Made by a program: the position numbers and the translations under genes. This document shows positions 58,497 to 64,000 of a stretch of DNA of 64,000 bases, in pieces. The notes under the pieces are model-generated. The model was not told the DNA's origin, ran no database searches, and worked only from the letters and a program-made list of their open reading frames with translations. The stretch lies in the NCBI GenBank assembly GCA_051531975.1, contig JAOPTT010000002.1:345968-409967 (forward strand), read 5' to 3'. Numbering within the stretch: the stretch's first letter is position 1; each line of letters starts with the position of its first letter. The stretch comes from Spirochaetaceae bacterium (lineage in GTDB: Bacteria; Spirochaetota; Spirochaetia; DSM-2461).

Positions 58497-60710
58497 ATGC
58501 TCAAAAAGATCAAAGACTTTATTCTCTTAAGAACCTTTTTTTCTAAATTGATGTTAAGTTTTATTCTTATAATATTTATAGTATCTGCGGCCAACTATGC
58601 AACATACCAGATCTATAAATTTAAAATAAAATCAGAGATGGAGAAGACTGCCACAGAACTGCTGGTAAATGTAAGTAGCAGGTTTGATTCAATATTTCAA
58701 GATATCGAAGTTAATCTACTGAACCTCTATATAGAAAACTCTCTCTCTATAGAGTTTGGTAAAGAGAAAATATCAGATTATCAACAGAAGGTTATTACAA
58801 AAAAGTTTCAAAAATCAACTCTACAGGATTACGATGTAGAGACCCTACTGCTCTTGGAAGAGACCGACTTTGTCCTAACTATATATGGTGCCTATGGGAA
58901 AGATAATTTCTTTAAACGTTACTACTCCAGCGAACTCTATGACGAATCATTCTGGTCAAATGAGATGACCAAAAACTTTTCATACAAGTACTATAGCATT
59001 AAACCATTTACTGATCTGACACTATTTTCCACTGGGAAAACCAAAGATATTCTACCTGTAGTTTTCAAACCTATAGGTAATTCAAAATTCCTTCTTCTAA
59101 GTCTAATAGATTTTAACAAATTAGCGAGTATTGTAGATGATGGATACTTGGAAAATTTCTATATCATTTCCAAAGATGGTAGAATTCTATACCCTAGAAA
59201 TAGTGAGAGATCATCAGAGGAGTTAATAAAGGATAGTATATTCAACTACTCATCAGATCAAAGTGGATTCACCTATGTTAAGGTCTACACCAATAACTAT
59301 ATGCTGAAACGATCAAAAGCCTCGGGATATCTATTTATCATTATTATTTTAGCATCGTCTATTATAAGTTTTTTTATTGCTTTGGGCATAGTAAAAAATG
59401 TAGATTTAAAGGCAAAAATGATCTCTAATATCATAAAAACATCCGAGTCTCAAAGTGAAGATACAGAACTATTTAATCTTACTCGTTTAGGTAATAATGT
59501 GCGTAAAATTGTCTTGATGAACAGAAACTATCTTCAGGATATAGATGAAAAAACATCCCTATTGAAGACATATTTATTACAATCTGCAGTTAAAAATATC
59601 CGATTTAATATAGATGACATAAAAGACCAGATAAGCATTAATGGGGAGTATCTATTAATTAACTACAAACTTCACTTTACCCCTGAGTTTACACAACAGG
59701 TATACAACAGTGCTGGTGGAGCCGCTACTTTTATTAGAGAGATTATAGAGTTATATTCAAAAGAGTATTTCACTAACTGTTTTGCATTTCAGACGGAACA
59801 AGACTCAATAGTGACTTTAGTAGAGGTAGATAGTAGTAATCTAGATCTAGAACATATATTAGACTCTATAATTAGAAGATTGGATAATGAGCATGAATTT
59901 GTAAAGTTTACCATTGCATATAGCGAAGTCCACAATGAAATTAAAGAACTCAACAGTATCTATGAAGAACTACAGGAGATAATAAAACATCGTAGTATAT
60001 CAGATACGAATCAACTTATAAAGTATGAGAAAAACAGAGTTGTACCTACAAAGTTCAGACTCTCGATGCCTCAGTTGGAACAATTAATTTTATCCATAAA
60101 AAATTCAAACCTAGAGGAGTGCAAACATCAGATTGAAGTACTAATGGAGTATAACTTCAGAATTGGTGTTAAGGAGTATCACTTTCAAATGTTAAGTTAT
60201 GAAATTGTTAACTGCTTTATAAAAGTGCTATCTTCTCTTCTATATTTTAATATACCTCAGGAGATAAATAGAGCCATTTCATACAACAGATTTAAAGCCT
60301 TATACTCTATGGAGCAGTACAAAGAAGTTCTAGAAGAGATGGCTGAGATAGTAATAAACTATATACAGACCCATAAAACAGAAAGTGACTACATTGTAGA
60401 TTTTGTAAAAGAGTATTTAGAAGATTCCTATATGGATGCTGTATATGTTGAGATGTTAGCAGACAAGTTAAATATAACAAAAACCTACCTTTCGACCTAT
60501 TTCAAGAGTAAAACAGGTTCAAATCTAAGTGATTATATAAATAATTTTCGTATGAAGAAAGCGGTAGAAATCCTAGAGACTACAAATATTAAAATAAAAG
60601 ATGTAGGAATTAAAGTTGGTATACATAATACAAATACATTCATAAGAAACTTCAAAAAGATAACAGGGAAATCTCCAGGGGAGTATAGAAAGGATAGTTA
60701 TATAGTTTAG
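58497..60710 (+). CDS. membrane-anchored AraC family regulator (YesS/YtdP-like)
   Basis: Two TM helices flanking a sensor domain; C-terminal YLSTYFKSKTG...FIRNFKKITGKSPGEYR; promoter TTGACA-17-TAAAAT at 58440. Confidence 0.88.
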   Translation: MLKKIKDFILLRTFFSKLMLSFILIIFIVSAANYATYQIYKFKIKSEMEKTATELLVNVSSRFDSIFQDIEVNLLNLYIENSLSIEFGKEKISDYQQKVITKKFQKSTLQDYDVETLLLLEETDFVLTIYGAYGKDNFFKRYYSSELYDESFWSNEMTKNFSYKYYSIKPFTDLTLFSTGKTKDILPVVFKPIGNSKFLLLSLIDFNKLASIVDDGYLENFYIISKDGRILYPRNSERSSEELIKDSIFNYSSDQSGFTYVKVYTNNYMLKRSKASGYLFIIIILASSIISFFIALGIVKNVDLKAKMISNIIKTSESQSEDTELFNLTRLGNNVRKIVLMNRNYLQDIDEKTSLLKTYLLQSAVKNIRFNIDDIKDQISINGEYLLINYKLHFTPEFTQQVYNSAGGAATFIREIIELYSKEYFTNCFAFQTEQDSIVTLVEVDSSNLDLEHILDSIIRRLDNEHEFVKFTIAYSEVHNEIKELNSIYEELQEIIKHRSISDTNQLIKYEKNRVVPTKFRLSMPQLEQLILSIKNSNLEECKHQIEVLMEYNFRIGVKEYHFQMLSYEIVNCFIKVLSSLLYFNIPQEINRAISYNRFKALYSMEQYKEVLEEMAEIVINYIQTHKTESDYIVDFVKEYLEDSYMDAVYVEMLADKLNITKTYLSTYFKSKTGSNLSDYINNFRMKKAVEILETTNIKIKDVGIKVGIHNTNTFIRNFKKITGKSPGEYRKDSYIV

Positions 60711-60858
60711 TTATATTCAAATCGTTAGGTGTCCTAATATTTTAATGATTTTAAAAGTTTTTGGTGATTTACACCTAGATGAGCTGAGTTATGATTAAAG
60801 TATATTAAATCTGCTGCAGCAAGATTCGATGAAAAAATTAAAATTGGAGAAGATTATT

Positions 60859-62394
60859 ATGAAACGAATACTATTGTTTGTATTATTATCACTTACATCA
60901 TTCACGATGTTACTGGCTAATAGTAATAAAGAGAGTTCATCTACAACTGATGAGATAAGTTCATCTGATGGTAAGCTATTTAGCAAGCCTCAAGAATTAT
61001 CACTTATGGTACAGTCACACCCTAGTTGGCCATACCAAGATAACTGGTATGTACAAACTGCAATCAAAGATAGAACCAATATGAACCTAAAAGTAATGTC
61101 AATTATAGATTCTAACCAAGCTTTTAGAGAAAAATTAAACCTAACAATGGCTACTGGGGACATTCCTGATCTTATTTTTACAAATAGTAAAGAGGTTGTT
61201 AAGCTGTATGGTAATCAAGGTCCATTTTTAAATATACTTGACAACTTGGACAAGTTACCTAATTTCAAAAAATGGTTATCATCAAACGGGGAGTACGTTA
61301 AAAAGTTCATGTCTAATGATGGCAGTCTTTATATGTTTCCAGAAAGAGGTGTTGAAGAGGGGAATAGACGTGGATGGTTATATAGAGAAGATATTTTCAA
61401 TAAGCACAACTTAGAAATACCTACAGATTCAGATGAGTTATACACAGTATTGAAGCAGTTAAAAAAAATATATCCAGATAGTTACCCATTAACATTTAGA
61501 TCAGGTATGAGACAGTTTTTAATGATGGCACCTTCGTGGGGAACAGATTGGCAAGCTTCTAGTAGTAACCACCAGTTGTATTATAATAGAGACGCTTCAG
61601 AGTGGGGATATGGACCAATTGAAGACAATTTTAAAGATTTAGTGGCGTTTATTAACAAGTTATACACCGAAGACTTAATTCCTCTAAACTTTATGAGTTT
61701 AACAACAAAAGAGTGGCAGGATTTAGTTTCAAATGATAATGCATTTATCACGTTAGATTACTTAACTAGAATTGACTTTTTTAACTCTGCTCTACGGGAG
61801 TCCAACCCTGATTTTACTTTAAGATATATGGCACCAATAAAAGGTGGAGATAATGGTAAAACCAAGATGGCTGCTACAGCTACAGGATTATACGGAATGA
61901 TTCCTTCAGCTATGGCTGATAGAGATGTTCTATTAAAATACTGTGACTGGTTATATTCAGATGAAGCTGCAGATTTACTAAGCTGGGGTGAAGAAGGAAA
62001 AACGTTTAACGTAGTAGATGGGAAGAGAGAGTTTATCGAAGCGACTGATGTAGCATCCATTAGAAAGTTATACGGACTTTCTACATATGGTTTCTTTTTC
62101 CGGTTTGACTTCACATCCCATATGTCAACATTCTCCCCTCTTGTAAACGAAGCAGTTATAGAGAGTAGAAAATATGACCTACCCGAGAATCCACTTGTTG
62201 AGTTTACAGATAGTGAAGCAGAGATTGCTCAAACTATAGGTGTTAATATCGACGATTTTACTCAGCAAGAGACTTCTAAGTTCTTATTAGGGATTAGAGA
62301 TCTAAGTGAGTGGGATCAATATGTTCAAGAAGTTGAGAAGCTAGGTCTATCAAAATTAAGAGAGATCTACAACTCTGCTTATCAAAGACAATAA
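60859..62394 (+). CDS. carbohydrate ABC extracellular solute-binding protein (LplA-like)
   Basis: Signal peptide; KLNLTMATGDIPDL, WLYREDI...PT..DELY.VLK.LK..YPDSYP, WGEEG, WDQYV. Confidence 0.88.
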   Translation: MKRILLFVLLSLTSFTMLLANSNKESSSTTDEISSSDGKLFSKPQELSLMVQSHPSWPYQDNWYVQTAIKDRTNMNLKVMSIIDSNQAFREKLNLTMATGDIPDLIFTNSKEVVKLYGNQGPFLNILDNLDKLPNFKKWLSSNGEYVKKFMSNDGSLYMFPERGVEEGNRRGWLYREDIFNKHNLEIPTDSDELYTVLKQLKKIYPDSYPLTFRSGMRQFLMMAPSWGTDWQASSSNHQLYYNRDASEWGYGPIEDNFKDLVAFINKLYTEDLIPLNFMSLTTKEWQDLVSNDNAFITLDYLTRIDFFNSALRESNPDFTLRYMAPIKGGDNGKTKMAATATGLYGMIPSAMADRDVLLKYCDWLYSDEAADLLSWGEEGKTFNVVDGKREFIEATDVASIRKLYGLSTYGFFFRFDFTSHMSTFSPLVNEAVIESRKYDLPENPLVEFTDSEAEIAQTIGVNIDDFTQQETSKFLLGIRDLSEWDQYVQEVEKLGLSKLREIYNSAYQRQ

Positions 62395-62415
62395 AAATAA
62401 TTATTAAATAATCCG

Positions 62416-62447
62416 TGGAGTTTTAGACTTAGAAATCTAAGACTCCA
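62416..62447 (+). other. intergenic stem-loop after the solute-binding protein gene
   Basis: TGGAGTTTTAGA...TCTAAGACTCCA. Confidence 0.55.
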
Positions 62448-62469
62448 TCGGTTTTAAACTGGAGCTATT

Positions 62470-64000
62470 ATGAACTATGATATAAAAATCATTGTCAATT
62501 TAGGTGCGTTCAAATCCTTTAATGAAGCACTACAGTCTGAACAGAATATAAATTGGTGGGATGAAAAAAATATAAACAATGAAATTTGCAGTGAATGTTT
62601 TGCTGCTGTGGAACTGAGAAAACATCTATGTTTACTGTTCAACTTGAATCAGAATGATAAAACTATTTTCCCTATTACAGATAGAGAGTCGGTAGAGGAA
62701 GATGGGATCTATCTAGGAAGTAAATATTACACAGATAGTAAAAATAATAGTAGCGAGAGTTTTACTGTTAGATCAATAACCGCGAATGGTTATAAAAAAC
62801 TATATCTCTCAGGAAAAGGCAGATCTGGAACCCTATACGCAGTCTATAGCTATTTAGAAAAACTTGGATTTAGCTGGTACGGAATAGGAGATAACAATAG
62901 AGCACTCTCTAAAACTGAGTATAGCTTTATGGAGCCATGTGACTATCGTGAGTCTCCATCATTTATCACAAGAGGTTGTTATAGCGAATTTATAGATGAT
63001 ACTAATGAGCAATTTGTAGATTGGTTATCTAGAAATAGAGTTAATTTTGTAGCCCTAGACAGTGTTACAAATCCTTATAACTTAAAAAAACGAGGTATAA
63101 AAATATGTATGGGTGGGCATCACCTGCTATACGAGTATTTAAACCCATCGATCTATGGAAAACAACACCCTAACTGGTTTGGTCTTATAGATGGAAAAAG
63201 AAGTTTTGAGATTGGAGATGGAGGACAGGAAGGATTTGGTCACAACTACTGTACATCTAACCTTGAAGCATCAGATCAACTATGTAGAAATTTAGTTAAA
63301 TCCCTAATAGATGGGAACCTTAAACATACGGATTATCTTAACTTCTGGTTATTAGATAATGGTAGATGGTGTGAATGCGATGAGTGTAGAAATCTTGGAA
63401 ACTACTCGTTTAGGCTATCAAAGTTGGTCTATCTACTGGATAAAAGCATCAAAGAGGCTCAAAACAGAGGTGTAATAAATAGAGATATAAAAATACTCTA
63501 TCCTGCGTACCATGAAACTCTGGAAGCACCAAACAATCCACTACCGGATGATTTTGATTATGAGACTTGTATTGTTACCTATTTCCCAATTGAGAGATGT
63601 TATGTTCACAAAATTAATGATAAGAAATGTACAGAGACAAACCAGGAATTAATGGAAACTTACGACCAGTGGACATTAAATGAAAATAGAAACTATAGAG
63701 GTAGCGTATTAGTTGGAGAGTATTACAATGTAAGTTCCTTTGCTTCATCCCATATACCTTTAATGCAGATAATGAAGCATGATATTCCTTTTTATTACCA
63801 GTCTGGTTCCAGACATATGCACTATATGCATATGAGTGATAGAAACTGGGGAGGAATGAGGTTAACAAATTATCAATTCCAAAAGATGTTATGGAATGTT
63901 GATACAGATGTTGATAAACTTTTAGAGGATTATTATAACAACTTCTACGTGGAAGTGTCACAGAATATGAGACAGTTCTATGAGCTACTAGAAAAAGCGA
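62470..64000 (+). CDS. DUF4838-like (GH67N-type N-terminus) putative glycosidase, runs off window end
   Basis: GGAG RBS then ATG 62470; MNYDIKIIVNLG..., LSGKGRSGTLYAVYSYLEKLGFSWY, ESPSFITRG, HPNWFGL.DGKR, YCTSN, WCECDEC, AYHET. Confidence 0.72.
   Translation, partial: MNYDIKIIVNLGAFKSFNEALQSEQNINWWDEKNINNEICSECFAAVELRKHLCLLFNLNQNDKTIFPITDRESVEEDGIYLGSKYYTDSKNNSSESFTVRSITANGYKKLYLSGKGRSGTLYAVYSYLEKLGFSWYGIGDNNRALSKTEYSFMEPCDYRESPSFITRGCYSEFIDDTNEQFVDWLSRNRVNFVALDSVTNPYNLKKRGIKICMGGHHLLYEYLNPSIYGKQHPNWFGLIDGKRSFEIGDGGQEGFGHNYCTSNLEASDQLCRNLVKSLIDGNLKHTDYLNFWLLDNGRWCECDECRNLGNYSFRLSKLVYLLDKSIKEAQNRGVINRDIKILYPAYHETLEAPNNPLPDDFDYETCIVTYFPIERCYVHKINDKKCTETNQELMETYDQWTLNENRNYRGSVLVGEYYNVSSFASSHIPLMQIMKHDIPFYYQSGSRHMHYMHMSDRNWGGMRLTNYQFQKMLWNVDTDVDKLLEDYYNNFYVEVSQNMRQFYELLEKA

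Noticed and set aside
2666..63961. Numerous short ORFs antisense to or nested in long genes (e.g. 11763-12227, 38787-39245, 54161-54664, 63614-63961)
   Set aside because: Shadow frames of well-supported genes with no motifs or RBS

Overview
AT-rich bacterial chromosome segment, most likely from a free-living spirochaete. This is inferred from the stand-alone rpsD, the metG-femX pair, a spirochaete-type PilZ protein and the MetRS type. Bases 1 to ~48 kb are mostly housekeeping, transport and signalling genes: radC, azlCD, a LolCDE/MacB-like ABC operon with a LolA-like protein and a putative outer-membrane barrel, a U32 protein, rpsD, ilvD, fetAB-like genes, a kinase/HD-GYP pair, a LacI-pgmB-GH65 maltose locus, metG, hflKC, and a CotH-VTC-DUF4956 operon preceded by Pho-box-like repeats. 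From ~48.3 kb to the end lies an accessory, partly decayed carbohydrate-utilisation region. It holds a deleted relic copy of the neighbouring acyltransferase-amidohydrolase operon, nitroreductase and ABC-permease remnants, a 3xCBM32 beta-helix secreted enzyme, a duplicated ~100 bp promoter with a palindromic operator, TetR and AraC regulators, a sugar-binding protein and a DUF4838-like protein. I saw no rRNA, tRNA, CRISPR array or intact mobile element. All family calls come from motif recognition by eye, not database searches.
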